Assembly (NCBI GenBank): GCA_964446685.1
Contig: CAYUPO010000007.1
Location: 233-64,232, forward strand
Source of the DNA: an uncultured Gammaproteobacteria bacterium
GTDB taxonomy: Bacteria > Patescibacteriota > Microgenomatia > Daviesbacterales > UBA10151
Direction of reading: 5' to 3'
DNA length: 64,000 nt
Position 1 is the stretch's first letter. Each line of letters starts with the position of its first letter. Positions 39,952-49,964 of the stretch are shown piece by piece. A program made the translations under genes and the position numbers. The notes beneath the pieces were generated by a model. It saw nothing but the letters and a program-made list of their open reading frames with translations, was not told the origin of the DNA and searched no databases.

Positions 39952-41377
39952 CTAATATCTTGTCTCTATCTGATTTTAGTATCTTATATCGCTCCTTTGC
40001 TATACCCTGTTGATCAAGCCTGTATTGTTTGGTTATAAGGACAAACTTTCCGGCATTAGTAAATACCCCTTCAGCCATAAATAAACGCTTTACATCATCA
40101 TCCCGGATCTGACTGACCTGTTTTTCAGAATACCATACAGCAGTCGGACCAAAATCATCATCAATAAAAAACTTTCCCTCTGCTTTACCCGCTGCTTCCG
40201 ACAAAATCTGTTCATCAGAAATATATCTTGGCTGATCAATAAACTGAACCCAGGCTGATTTCAATTGCCCGGATGCCAAATACAAAGCGAAAACAACTAA
40301 AAATGATGCTAACAAAAACTGACTGCTTTTTTTAAAAATAACAATACTGTTAATCCACTTAAGTTGTCTGAGAGTATTACCAAACCAAAAAGCGGTTGCG
40401 AAAAAGGCTATTATCATAAATGGATGAAGCGGGATTAGATGCCAGATGTGGCCTTTGGGAGAAAAAACAAATGGAGTAAAAAAACTGATAAAAAATACCG
40501 GCAGTATCAACCATTTTTTCTGCCTTAAAATTATTCCCAGGAAAATACTACTAATAATCCCCGCCACTCCTGGCCAAAACCAACGTCCTATTCCATCATG
40601 TAAATAGATTTTAGCTAAACTAAAGTTTGCCTGATAGGATGTTTCTGCTTTAACCCCGGGGAGTCCGATCTGCAAATATCGGTCCAGAAAACTGGAATTA
40701 GTCAAAAATTGTGATACTGCCCAGATTCCGCCCAATATTCCCATTATTCCAAAAACCAAAAAATAATCTTTTTTCTGAAATTTATTTTTCCAAAAAACAA
40801 TTATTAGCGATGGCAAAATAGTAAAAGGAATCCCAGTTTTAGTTAAAATCAACGCTACAAATGATAACGCAAAAGGAACCAACCATTTTCTATTTTTAAC
40901 AGCTTTAATAGCGGTATAAAAAGTCAGAATAAAAAAGAAAGTCAAAAATATATCCAGGTTGCCTGAACGCGATCTAAACAAAAACCAAAATGAAGATGCC
41001 AGACCAATAGCAGAACAAAATCCAACCACCCTGTTAAACAACTCTTTTCCTAGAAAATAAATCACCACCAGTGATAAAAATCCAAAAACTGCTGAAGCCG
41101 ATCTAACTCCAAATTCGCCGTAACCAAACAAAGTTTCACCGATCGCTATCAACCAAAAACCAACTGGAGGATGGTCATAATAGGCCATCTCATTCCATCT
41201 TAGGTTAAATAAGTCGCCAGATTTAAGAATATTTCGCGCTATCTCTGCATACCAAGCTTCATCCCATGAAACCAGGCTGGTATGTCCCAGATTATAGAAG
41301 AAAAATGGAAGCAAAATTAGCAGAAAGCCTACAGATAAAAAATCAGATAGATGTTTTTTTAATAACCCCAATTTCAT
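39935..41377 (-). CDS. GT-C glycosyltransferase, family 39/83 (ArnT/PMT_2)
   Basis: 480 aa. SWDEAWYAEIARNILKSGDLFNLRWNEMAYYDHPPVGFWLIAIGETLFGYGEFGVR is the classic PMT_2/ArnT N-terminal loop. Confidence 0.75.
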   Translation of the reverse strand: MKLGLLKKHLSDFLSVGFLLILLPFFFYNLGHTSLVSWDEAWYAEIARNILKSGDLFNLRWNEMAYYDHPPVGFWLIAIGETLFGYGEFGVRSASAVFGFLSLVVIYFLGKELFNRVVGFCSAIGLASSFWFLFRSRSGNLDIFLTFFFILTFYTAIKAVKNRKWLVPFALSFVALILTKTGIPFTILPSLIIVFWKNKFQKKDYFLVFGIMGILGGIWAVSQFLTNSSFLDRYLQIGLPGVKAETSYQANFSLAKIYLHDGIGRWFWPGVAGIISSIFLGIILRQKKWLILPVFFISFFTPFVFSPKGHIWHLIPLHPFMIIAFFATAFWFGNTLRQLKWINSIVIFKKSSQFLLASFLVVFALYLASGQLKSAWVQFIDQPRYISDEQILSEAAGKAEGKFFIDDDFGPTAVWYSEKQVSQIRDDDVKRLFMAEGVFTNAGKFVLITKQYRLDQQGIAKERYKILKSDRDKILVISDK

Positions 41378-41390
41378 AATTCCGTCCAGC

Positions 41391-42149
41391 TTAGCGATGA
41401 AAACCGTTGTAAGAACCGGTTAAATCATTAATCCGGATTTTTAACATGTCCTGCAATGCATCAAGCGAATCTCTGATAGCCTGAACTCTTTCTGTTCCTA
41501 CATAGTGCCACTCAACACCCACTTCAGCAATTTTTAAATCCATTTTCTTAGCCAAAAAAAGTGTTTCAACATCAAACCCGGCATTCACCGCTGCTCCATT
41601 TAGCCGATGTTTATGCCATCTTTTCAGAAGCGGCTGAAAAACCATTTCAATTGCTTGACGGTTAAAAGCTTTAAAACCACACTGTGTATCTTTAAATGGC
41701 AAACCCAGAAGCAAAGTTCTAAGCAAAGCAAAGCCCCAGGCCATCAGCTTACGAATTGCCGGTGCCCCTTTTCTACCCGTCCGGGATCCAATCACAATGT
41801 CATAGCCATTCCCAAATTCCTTTAACAACTTTTCAATTTCAGCTAAAGGAGTTGCCTGATCCATATCTGTAAATAAGGCAATTCTACCCCGACTTTCAAG
41901 CATTCCTGTCATTACCGCAATTGCTTTCCCACCATGATTGTTTCTGATCAACCGGTAATTTTTTTTGGAAGAAATAAACTTTTCGATCAATTCAACACTC
42001 TTATCTTTAGAACCATCATCAACTATCAAAACCTCATAAGTATAAGCCTGTTTATCTAAATAGGAATCAACATCATTCAAAACACCATTTTTCAGATTTT
42101 CTTCTTCGTTATAGGCAGGAATGATAACCGAAAGTTTGGGCTGATCCAT
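41391..42149 (-). CDS. GT2 polyprenyl-phosphate sugar synthase (ArnC/DPM1/GtrB-like)
   Basis: 252 aa. LSVIIPAYNEEENL...LIVDDGSKDKSVELI. Sits immediately upstream of an ArnT-like GT-C, the canonical donor-synthase/transferase pairing. Confidence 0.75.
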   Translation of the reverse strand: MDQPKLSVIIPAYNEEENLKNGVLNDVDSYLDKQAYTYEVLIVDDGSKDKSVELIEKFISSKKNYRLIRNNHGGKAIAVMTGMLESRGRIALFTDMDQATPLAEIEKLLKEFGNGYDIVIGSRTGRKGAPAIRKLMAWGFALLRTLLLGLPFKDTQCGFKAFNRQAIEMVFQPLLKRWHKHRLNGAAVNAGFDVETLFLAKKMDLKIAEVGVEWHYVGTERVQAIRDSLDALQDMLKIRINDLTGSYNGFHR

Positions 42150-42168
42150 AAGTAGTTATTATCTCAAT

Positions 42169-43677
42169 TTAAGGGGCATTATGCACTAACTTAAATACTC
42201 TGACTCCTTCAACTGTTTGTTCCATTTCAACTTTAGACCAGCCAAATGCAGCAATTTCATATTTAGGATGTCCGACCGGGTTACAAACAGCGTCTTCGCA
42301 AACTACATATAATTGTTCTGTAATATCAAACGGAACCTGTAATGGCTTACTACCTTTAATATCAAGTACATACTGATACGCAGCGTCATAATTGTGTTCG
42401 GCGATCAAAGCAAAATTAAATTGTTCCCCTTTGGCATCCTGAATAATAAAATCAGCCACTTTTTGTGCTCTTTGGTACTGATTATTAGGTGGAACCAGTA
42501 GAGGACTTTTCTGCAGATTTACCACCACGATCCATGCACATAGCAAACCAAAAAGAAGCAGTAAAATCTTTTTAGTTATTCCTGTCATCTGACTAAAAAT
42601 CCAACAGACAGCAGCCAGAAGAATATATAGCACGGGATTCAAAAATCCCAGATAATGATCATAAATATTTTGTTTATAAAGAGACAAACCTGCAACACCA
42701 ATCACTACCCAGCTACTTACCACAAATAATTTCCAGTCAAATCTTTTTTTATACAGTTGATAAAGAAAATAAACTACCGGAACCAGGATCAAAACTCCAA
42801 TAATCCATTGCAGATACATTACCTCTCCGGCTGCATACCTGCCAACAAATGTCTCAAAATAAAGTTCAGGAATCCGGCCAAATGTATTTAATAAATTTAA
42901 ATTAACAGTTGTCTGCCTATCACCAAAAAAAGTAGAAATAGCTCTAAAATTGGCCCAGTTGTGTTTAATATCAAAAATTAGCAGTGGCGACATCAAAAAC
43001 AAAAAACTAAAAATAGCACCAGCTGTTCCAGACCAAAAATAAGCATAATTTGCTTTCTGTTTTACCTGCCAAAAAAGTTCATAAAGCCACAATACTCCGA
43101 TAACTGGCACCAGAATTAAAGCCAGATAATGCATCTGAACAGCAAATGCCAACCCGATTCCACTTAAAATAAAATATAAAAAGTTCTTTTTTTGTCTTGT
43201 CCAATAAACCCCTGCGACAGAAAGCAGAGCAAAAAATGGAGCCGGATTTGGATTCCAGGAAGAGTGAGAATAAGTTATATTAACCGGTGAAATGGCGTAT
43301 AAAAAAGCACTTATCAAAGCTGGAACTTTACCAAACCAATTACGAACCAGATAATAAATAAATCCAACCGAAAGAGTCCCGATCACAGCTACCATTACCG
43401 CAGCTGCTATCGGATTTAGCCACCAAAGAGCCATCGCAACAGCCATCATATAGTAATAAAGTGGCCCTAGATACATATTTCCCACCGAAGTTGGCGGACC
43501 AATTAAAGGGATATCAAAGGTCGTCAAAATACGCTTAATCATTAGCGCATCCCGCCCTTCATCTCCCAAAAATGTCATATAAGCATCAATCCTATATAGC
43601 CTCAGTCCTAAAGTTAGGATAATTAACAACAAAAAGATGATTAATTCGGTACGATTGTTCTTAATAAAGCTTTTCAT
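42169..43677 (-). CDS. GT-C membrane glycosyltransferase, ArnT/PMT_2-like
   Basis: 502 aa. GDEGRDALMIKRILTTFDIPLIGPPTSVGNMYLGPLYYY; paralog of 27043..28716. Confidence 0.6.
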   Translation of the reverse strand: MKSFIKNNRTELIIFLLLIILTLGLRLYRIDAYMTFLGDEGRDALMIKRILTTFDIPLIGPPTSVGNMYLGPLYYYMMAVAMALWWLNPIAAAVMVAVIGTLSVGFIYYLVRNWFGKVPALISAFLYAISPVNITYSHSSWNPNPAPFFALLSVAGVYWTRQKKNFLYFILSGIGLAFAVQMHYLALILVPVIGVLWLYELFWQVKQKANYAYFWSGTAGAIFSFLFLMSPLLIFDIKHNWANFRAISTFFGDRQTTVNLNLLNTFGRIPELYFETFVGRYAAGEVMYLQWIIGVLILVPVVYFLYQLYKKRFDWKLFVVSSWVVIGVAGLSLYKQNIYDHYLGFLNPVLYILLAAVCWIFSQMTGITKKILLLLFGLLCAWIVVVNLQKSPLLVPPNNQYQRAQKVADFIIQDAKGEQFNFALIAEHNYDAAYQYVLDIKGSKPLQVPFDITEQLYVVCEDAVCNPVGHPKYEIAAFGWSKVEMEQTVEGVRVFKLVHNAP

Positions 43678-43788
43678 TAATTTGAAATTTGCAATTTGAA
43701 ATTTGAAGTGAATTTGAAAGTTTTAAAATTTAAATTTCAAACATTTATATTTGAATTCAAATTTTAAATTTCGAATTTCAAATTACAC
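43678..43788. repeat. AT-rich palindromic intergenic spacer (AATTTGAAATTTGAA / TTCAAATTTTAAATTTCGAATTTCAAATT)
   Basis: Extended imperfect dyad symmetry built from AAATTTGAA/TTCAAATTT units between two minus-strand genes. Confidence 0.55.
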
Positions 43789-44502
43789 TTATGATTTCCT
43801 AAAGTTTAACTCTTTCCATAATTTCATCAAGTCCAGAAAACTTTTGAAAACCACTGACAAATTTGCTCCTGTTGGTACTCCGTGAATTCGCGGATAGTGA
43901 TGAACTCCTACCTCAGCGAATTTATATCCTTTTAATTTAGCTTTAATCAACATTTCGATCTGAGTCACTTTCTCTTCCGAATTAATCGGCAAAATACCCT
44001 CAAAGACCTCTTTTTTTATCATTTTAAAACCGCATGAATAATCTCTGACATTTAAACCTAAAACAATCATCGCCAGCATCTTCCATCCCCAGGTAAAAAT
44101 TCGTCTTTGAAAAGGATCAGCTCTGTTTAAACGGTATCCTAAAATAACATCAGCTTCATCTGTTTTGTCCAGCATTTTTTTTACTTCAGCAAATTTAAAC
44201 TGACCATCTGAATCAGCAAAAACAACCCAGGAATATTTAGCTTCTGTGAAACCCGTTTTAAGTGCCCGACCATAGCCTTTGTTTCCCTGATGATTAATTA
44301 ACCTGACTTCCGGATACTTCTGAGTAAGTTTTCCGACTTCTTCAGCAGTCCCATCTTTTGATCCATCATTTATCACCAAAATCTCCCACTCCAGCGGTAA
44401 AGATTTTAAAACTAATACAGCATCCTCAACTGTCGAGTTGATGTTTTTCTCTTCATTAAAAGCGGGGAAAAAAACAGAAAGTGACTTTATCATATCAGAC
44501 AA
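43789..44502 (-). CDS. GT2 polyprenyl-phosphate sugar synthase (DPM1/GtrB-like)
   Basis: 237 aa. LSVFFPAFNEEKNI...LVINDGSKDGTAEEV...FADSDGQF. Confidence 0.75.
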   Translation of the reverse strand: MSDMIKSLSVFFPAFNEEKNINSTVEDAVLVLKSLPLEWEILVINDGSKDGTAEEVGKLTQKYPEVRLINHQGNKGYGRALKTGFTEAKYSWVVFADSDGQFKFAEVKKMLDKTDEADVILGYRLNRADPFQRRIFTWGWKMLAMIVLGLNVRDYSCGFKMIKKEVFEGILPINSEEKVTQIEMLIKAKLKGYKFAEVGVHHYPRIHGVPTGANLSVVFKSFLDLMKLWKELNFRKS

Positions 44503-44532
44503 AAAAATTCGGCTGTTATCAGCCTTAAATAT

Positions 44533-45738
44533 ATGCTAGCATTAAATGCAGAGATAGTCACTATGACACAACAACTTCAAAAAACTTTAAGAGACCTGCT
44601 TCTGATCACACTTTTTACTCTTTGTATCAGCTTTATTATCTGGTTACCTCATCTACTTCATTTAAATTTTTACGGATTAAATTTCAGTCAGGGTTTTGAC
44701 ACTATTTATCGTAATTATGATGGACTGGAATATGTTGTAATTGCTAAGTCACTTTATTTTCCTGAATTACTGAAAGATATTCCTCAGTCACTGCCAAGCA
44801 TTTACTATGCAGCACATTTTCCGGGTTATTCATTGGCAATTCTAGCTTTGGCTCCTCTTTTGGGCTATCTCAAATCAATGCTATTTGTATCTCTTTTATT
44901 TACTATTTTATCTGCCTGGATGTTTTATCTTTTAGTCAAAGACTTTGAGCTGACCAAACATCCACTCTGGTTAACTTTCCTATTTCTGATTTTGCCTGCC
45001 AGATGGGTCATCATTCATTCAGTCGGATCATCCGAGACCATGTTTATCTTTTTTGTAATTGCTGCACTTTATTTTCTGATGAAATATGAAGCTTCTCAAA
45101 AATGGGGTTTTATTTATCTGACCGGATTATTTGGTTTAGGAGCACAAATCACCCGACCTCCTGGAGCGCTACTGGCTCTGGCTATTGGAATATATCTTTT
45201 ATGGAAGATAATCAGATCCAAAGAAAATGTTTTTAAATCAATTGGCGCTACAATTTATCGTTATCATCCATTATTATTTATCCCTTTAGCTCTAATTGCA
45301 GTTTTTAGTTGGTATCAGTTAGCTTATGGTGATTTCTTCGCCTATTTTAAAACCGGGGATAATATTCATTTGGTATTTCCGCCATATCAGGTATTTAACA
45401 AAGAACAGTTTTGGGTCGGAGAGATCTGGTTAGAGGATATTATTTATGTTTTTATCTTAGGATTTTTAGGTGTAATGTACCTTTTTAAGCAAAAACTTTA
45501 TCCACTGGCTTTTTTTGTTCTGATTTATTTATTAGCTACCATTTTTGTAACTCACCGTGACATTTCCAGATATGCCGCACCTATTTTCCCTTTTTTAATA
45601 ATAGCCTTTGAAAAAATACTTACTACAAAAGAGTTTAAAATAGTCACTCTGATTATTGCTTTGGCAATATATTTATATACCCAGAATTTTCTTTTAAATA
45701 ATACCGGCCCTTATCCAAATGTAGGCTGGTTTAATTAA
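44533..45738 (+). CDS. Polytopic membrane protein, possible GT-C glycosyltransferase
   Basis: 401 aa, about 10 TM segments. The start may be the internal Met (MTQQLQK, ~44563). Confidence 0.45.
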   Translation: MLALNAEIVTMTQQLQKTLRDLLLITLFTLCISFIIWLPHLLHLNFYGLNFSQGFDTIYRNYDGLEYVVIAKSLYFPELLKDIPQSLPSIYYAAHFPGYSLAILALAPLLGYLKSMLFVSLLFTILSAWMFYLLVKDFELTKHPLWLTFLFLILPARWVIIHSVGSSETMFIFFVIAALYFLMKYEASQKWGFIYLTGLFGLGAQITRPPGALLALAIGIYLLWKIIRSKENVFKSIGATIYRYHPLLFIPLALIAVFSWYQLAYGDFFAYFKTGDNIHLVFPPYQVFNKEQFWVGEIWLEDIIYVFILGFLGVMYLFKQKLYPLAFFVLIYLLATIFVTHRDISRYAAPIFPFLIIAFEKILTTKEFKIVTLIIALAIYLYTQNFLLNNTGPYPNVGWFN

Positions 45739-45739
45739 G

Positions 45740-46237
45740 ATGTTACTTAGTTCATCTGATTTAATCTATTCATCGTCTCTGATATCAAAAGCCTTTTTTT
45801 GGGCTAATATTGACAATACAAATACCTCAAACAAACAGTTTAAAGTTTTTTTATATCCAAATAGGATTTCTATTGGTTCTGTTGAACCACAAAACTCGCT
45901 GATGAATCCTGGAAACGAAACTTCTACATTTACTGAAGAAAAAACAATTCTTATTAGTGATTTAAAAGAAATCCAAATATTACCAAATTCAGATATATTT
46001 ACCCGAACTTATATAATTTTTAATAACAATGAAATTAAAAAAATAAATTGGTTTACTTCTGAATTAACTGATTTTCTGTCTAAATTAAATCCACTTTTAC
46101 CAAAGAAAGTAAAAATAACTAATACAACTATTCAACAGGAAAAAATTAAAAATAAAATTAAATTTGGTTTCTCAATTTTGGGATTATTACTTGTAATATC
46201 AGTTATAACCTACTTTTACTTTAAGCTATTTATTTAA
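45740..46237 (+). CDS. Hypothetical protein with C-terminal TM anchor
   Basis: 165 aa. Asn/Ile-rich soluble region, then ILGLLLVISVITYFYFKLFI. Start is adjacent to the stop of the preceding gene. Confidence 0.35.
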   Translation: MLLSSSDLIYSSSLISKAFFWANIDNTNTSNKQFKVFLYPNRISIGSVEPQNSLMNPGNETSTFTEEKTILISDLKEIQILPNSDIFTRTYIIFNNNEIKKINWFTSELTDFLSKLNPLLPKKVKITNTTIQQEKIKNKIKFGFSILGLLLVISVITYFYFKLFI

Positions 46238-46254
46238 ATTATTCTGAGGAAAGA

Positions 46255-47439
46255 TTAATCTTTTTTATGTCTCCAGGTAACAAAGTGATTGACAATAAAG
46301 TTCCAGGCCATTACAGGCGGGATTGTTGCAAAGAAATAAAAATTGTTATAGGCAATATGCTTATTCCCAATCCAGATAAATCCATCTCCAAAAATCTCGT
46401 GCAAACCCTTAACTATCAATACTGCAATACCCAGACCAACTGAACTAACCGCTACAAATGTTCCAAATTTTCGGAAATAATTATCATTATTTTTTCTGCC
46501 TCTGAATGTCCAGATATCGTTTAATACAAAATTGTTTACAATTGCAATCGCCGTTGAAATACCTTTAGCTGAAGCTGGTGGAAATCCATAATAATTAATC
46601 AGTATTTTATAAAACAAAAAATCAATTACTGTTCCAGTTGCTCCGACAACCGCAAATTTAAACAAAACTTTTGCTCGTCTGCTTAGTTTATAAAAAGGAA
46701 TCGGGAGTCCCATTTTATGAAGCCTGGCATCAATTGAGTACATAATAACGTCATAGGTATAGTTAAATGTTTTATTTTTGGAATACCCTTCGGCCCTATT
46801 TTTAAAAACTAAAGGAACCTCTTTGTATTTTGCTCCAGCCAAGATAGCCTCATTTAAAAAAGCTGGCTGAATAATAAAAGTGTTTTCTCTCCAAGGCATA
46901 CGGTCCAGATTTATTTTTTTAAATATCTCCGGAGTAAATGCTCTGGCTGAATTGGTAACTTCCTGAATATTAAAAGGTCCCATGATCAATCTGACAACCC
47001 ATGATGCACCCAAACTAAAAATCTGCCGTGAAAGGGACAGATTATTTTTTCCTCCAGGAACAAAACGGGAACCCAAAGCCAGTGTATACCCATCTTCAAT
47101 CGCCTTAACCAATTTAGGCAAAACAGCAACGTCAACCTGTCCATCAGCATCAAGCTGAGCCATTATGTCGGGATTTAGATTTTTTAATGAATACAGATGC
47201 CCCTCGATAATTCCTACACCAAGTCCGGGACCAACATTCAGATAATGAATCCGGGGATTTTCTTTGGCCATTTTAGCCGCAATTTTGCCTGTACCATCCG
47301 GTGAATTACTGTCTGTAATCACAATTTCGATCCGCCAGCCAGACATTGTTTTTTCCTGGGCCAAAACTTCAGCGGCAAATTTTTCAATATTTTCTTTCTC
47401 ATTAAATGTAGGCAAAACTACGACGACTTTTTTCGACAT
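46255..47439 (-). CDS. GT2 polyprenyl-phosphate sugar synthase fused to a C-terminal GtrA-like 4-TM domain
   Basis: 394 aa. VVVLPTFNEKENI...VITDSNSPDGT...QLDADGQ, then KFAVVGATGTVIDFLFYKILINYYG...IVNNFVLNDIWTFRGRK (GtrA signature). Confidence 0.7.
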   Translation of the reverse strand: MSKKVVVVLPTFNEKENIEKFAAEVLAQEKTMSGWRIEIVITDSNSPDGTGKIAAKMAKENPRIHYLNVGPGLGVGIIEGHLYSLKNLNPDIMAQLDADGQVDVAVLPKLVKAIEDGYTLALGSRFVPGGKNNLSLSRQIFSLGASWVVRLIMGPFNIQEVTNSARAFTPEIFKKINLDRMPWRENTFIIQPAFLNEAILAGAKYKEVPLVFKNRAEGYSKNKTFNYTYDVIMYSIDARLHKMGLPIPFYKLSRRAKVLFKFAVVGATGTVIDFLFYKILINYYGFPPASAKGISTAIAIVNNFVLNDIWTFRGRKNNDNYFRKFGTFVAVSSVGLGIAVLIVKGLHEIFGDGFIWIGNKHIAYNNFYFFATIPPVMAWNFIVNHFVTWRHKKD

Positions 47440-47540
47440 GCATGTAGTGTATGAAAAACAGCCTCAATTTACAATGATGGTCTTTTTAACAAACTAACCC
47501 GCTAATTCACTTTTGACCTCTTTTAAGCTAAACTCAGACT

Positions 47541-48473
47541 ATGAAGAAAGTATTAATTACTGGCGTTAATGGTTTTGTTGGACAACACCTACTCTCAGTC
47601 TTAAAAGAATATTCGGTAATCGGTTTAACCCATGGTGGAGAATTATCTAACAGTCAAAATCAGGTATTTCATTCAGGAAATATTTTAGACAACCATTTTT
47701 TGGAGGAGATCATCGCCAGATACGAACCTGAATATATTGTTCATCTAGCAGCCATTGCTCCCACCAATTATAAAGATGCAGAACAGGTTTTTAAAATTAA
47801 TTTATTAGGTACAAATAATCTTTATCAGGCTGTCATCAATCTGAAATCCAAAATCTTAAATCCAAAAATTCTTTATATCTCCTCCGCCGAAGTCTATGGA
47901 AAAACCAATAATCCGGAAAACATCACCGAAGACTCACTACTTAACCCACTTAACTATTATGGCAGCAGCAAAGTTGCCGCTGACAGACTGACATTTCAAG
48001 TATCCGTCAGCCATGGCCTAAATACCGTCATAGTCAGGCCTTTTAACCATGCCGGTCCTGGTCAGGGTTTAGGATTTTTTGTTCCCGATATGTGTTCCCA
48101 AATTAGTGAGATAAAAAAAGGGACAAAACCTCCAGTTATTTCCGTCGGAAATCTTGAAAGCACCAGAGATATATCTGATGTCAGAGATGTAGTAAATGGA
48201 TACAAATTATTAATGGAAAATGACACTACCCCAGGAGATATATTTAATATCTGTTCTGGAAAAGGAATAACAATGCAGGAGTTATTAAATAAACTCATTG
48301 CTCATGCTGGTAAAGAAATAGAAATCCAATCAGATCCTGAAAAAATGCGTCCATCAGACAACCCTATCTCAGTTGGAAATCACGACAAAATAACCAACCA
48401 ATTCAACTGGAATCCCACCCACAACCTAGATCAAACATTAGAAGATACTCTCCAATATTGGCGAAATAAGTAA
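47541..48473 (+). CDS. NAD-dependent epimerase/dehydratase (SDR); GDP-4-keto-6-deoxy-D-mannose reductase (Rmd)-like
   Basis: 310 aa. MKKVLITGVNGFVGQHL Rossmann motif and YGSSKVAADRL (YxxxK). Lies directly upstream of gmd on the same strand. Confidence 0.6.
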   Translation: MKKVLITGVNGFVGQHLLSVLKEYSVIGLTHGGELSNSQNQVFHSGNILDNHFLEEIIARYEPEYIVHLAAIAPTNYKDAEQVFKINLLGTNNLYQAVINLKSKILNPKILYISSAEVYGKTNNPENITEDSLLNPLNYYGSSKVAADRLTFQVSVSHGLNTVIVRPFNHAGPGQGLGFFVPDMCSQISEIKKGTKPPVISVGNLESTRDISDVRDVVNGYKLLMENDTTPGDIFNICSGKGITMQELLNKLIAHAGKEIEIQSDPEKMRPSDNPISVGNHDKITNQFNWNPTHNLDQTLEDTLQYWRNK

Positions 48474-48501
48474 ACATACCTGGCGAAACAAGATTGTAAC
48501 T

Positions 48502-48653
48502 GTCATTGCGAGCGAAATTATTAGGAATTAACGCGCGGCAATCTGTATTTCAGAATCAACTAAGTTACAAGGTTCATTCCTGGTTGCGAGATTGCTTCGT
48601 CACTACGTTCCTCGCAATGACGGTCACCGTCTTGCTCGTTCCTCGCAATGACG
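48502..48653. repeat. Palindromic intergenic element, copy A (GTCATTGCGAGCGAA ... TTCCTCGCAATGACGG, right terminus duplicated)
   Basis: 11-bp perfect terminal inverted repeat GTCATTGCGAG/CTCGCAATGAC. Internal GCGAGATTGCTTCG arm and GACGGTCACCGTC hairpin. Lies between the Rmd-like gene and gmd. Confidence 0.7.
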
Positions 48654-48682
48654 CAAATCCAATCAACTACTATTTTACTGAT

Positions 48683-48710
48683 TAACTAATTCACTAATTC
48701 ACTAATTCAC
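48683..48710. repeat. Octanucleotide tandem repeat (CTAATTCA)3 upstream of gmd
   Basis: taactaattcactaattcactaattcac, lying 17-45 bp upstream of the gmd start. Confidence 0.6.
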
Positions 48711-48726
48711 CAGTTTCATACTGCCA

Positions 48727-49770
48727 TTGACTTTACCTCAGGAATATTTTAAGGTAATTGCAGTCATGTCAAAAACAGCAGTTATCGTTGGTATCACCTC
48801 TCAGGACGGCTCTTATCTTGCCGACTTACTTTTAGAAAAAGGCTATACCGTTGTTGGTACTATCCGCCGGTCAACCAATTTTTATCATCCCAATATTTCT
48901 CATCTTTTAGGGAAAGTAATTATTGAAGCAGCTGATCTGACAGACTCAACTTCATTAGAAGAAGTCATCAAAAAACATCAGCCGGATGAAATTTACAACA
49001 TTGCAGCTCAATCAGTTCCGGCAGACTCCTGGTCACATCCTTTTTACACTGGTGAAGTCACAGCACTAGGTGTTGTCAGGGTTTTGGAAGCAGCCCGCAA
49101 ATTTGCCCCTCACGCTAAAATTTATCAGGCCACTTCCCGGGAAGTTTTTGGTAATATTGAAGCCGAATCAGCTACTGAAGAAACACCACTGGATGCCAAT
49201 AATCCTTATGGAATTGCCAAAGCCTATGCCCATATGATGATTGGTTGTTACCGGGAATCATATGACATGTTTGCCTGTGGTGGATACCTTTTTAACCATG
49301 AATCACCTAGAAGATCTCTTCATTTTGTAACAAGAAAAATCACAGCCGGTGTCGCCTGCATTAAAAATGGCGTCAAAAACCCTCCTTTAAATGAGTTAGG
49401 TGAACCATTGGTCGATGCAGATGGCAAACTACATTTAGGACTTTTAGACGCCAAAAGAGACTGGGGATACGCCAAAGAATACGTAGAAGCTATGTGGCTA
49501 ATGCTACAACAGGATAAACCCCAGGATTTTGTGATTGGTACAAACACCGCCTACACAGTTAAAGATTTCTGTAAAGCGGCCTTTTCCGAAGTTGGTCTGA
49601 ACTGGGAAGATCATGTAGTATCCAACCAAAAATTAATGCGCCCAACCGAGATCAAAGAATTAAAAGGCGACGCGACCAAAGCCAAACAAATCCTAGGCTG
49701 GGAACCCAAAACCAGTTTCGAAGACCTAGTAAAAATAATGGTCCAAGCCGACCTCGAAAGATTTAAGTAA
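48727..49770 (+). CDS. gmd: GDP-mannose 4,6-dehydratase
   Basis: 347 aa. TAVIVGITSQDGSYLADLLLEKGYTVVGTIRRSTNF matches the Gmd N-terminus, and the overall length is right. Confidence 0.85.
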   Translation: MTLPQEYFKVIAVMSKTAVIVGITSQDGSYLADLLLEKGYTVVGTIRRSTNFYHPNISHLLGKVIIEAADLTDSTSLEEVIKKHQPDEIYNIAAQSVPADSWSHPFYTGEVTALGVVRVLEAARKFAPHAKIYQATSREVFGNIEAESATEETPLDANNPYGIAKAYAHMMIGCYRESYDMFACGGYLFNHESPRRSLHFVTRKITAGVACIKNGVKNPPLNELGEPLVDADGKLHLGLLDAKRDWGYAKEYVEAMWLMLQQDKPQDFVIGTNTAYTVKDFCKAAFSEVGLNWEDHVVSNQKLMRPTEIKELKGDATKAKQILGWEPKTSFEDLVKIMVQADLERFK

Positions 49771-49778
49771 AATTTAAC

Positions 49779-49964
49779 ATGCCTCGTCTTCAAATACTTG
49801 GATTAGTAATTATCATTTGTTCTGTATTAGTACTCGGTATACAGTTGGGACCACTAGCAAATGGCGAAATAACTTTGGCTGAATATTTTAAAGCGACCTG
49901 GCCTAGCCTTATACCGTTAGCAATTGGAATTTCAATAATTTCGGGCAAGTTTAAGAAGAGTTAA
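49779..49964 (+). CDS. Small two-TM membrane protein (hypothetical)
   Basis: 61 aa with two hydrophobic helices; starts 9 bp after the gmd stop. Confidence 0.3.
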   Translation: MPRLQILGLVIIICSVLVLGIQLGPLANGEITLAEYFKATWPSLIPLAIGISIISGKFKKS

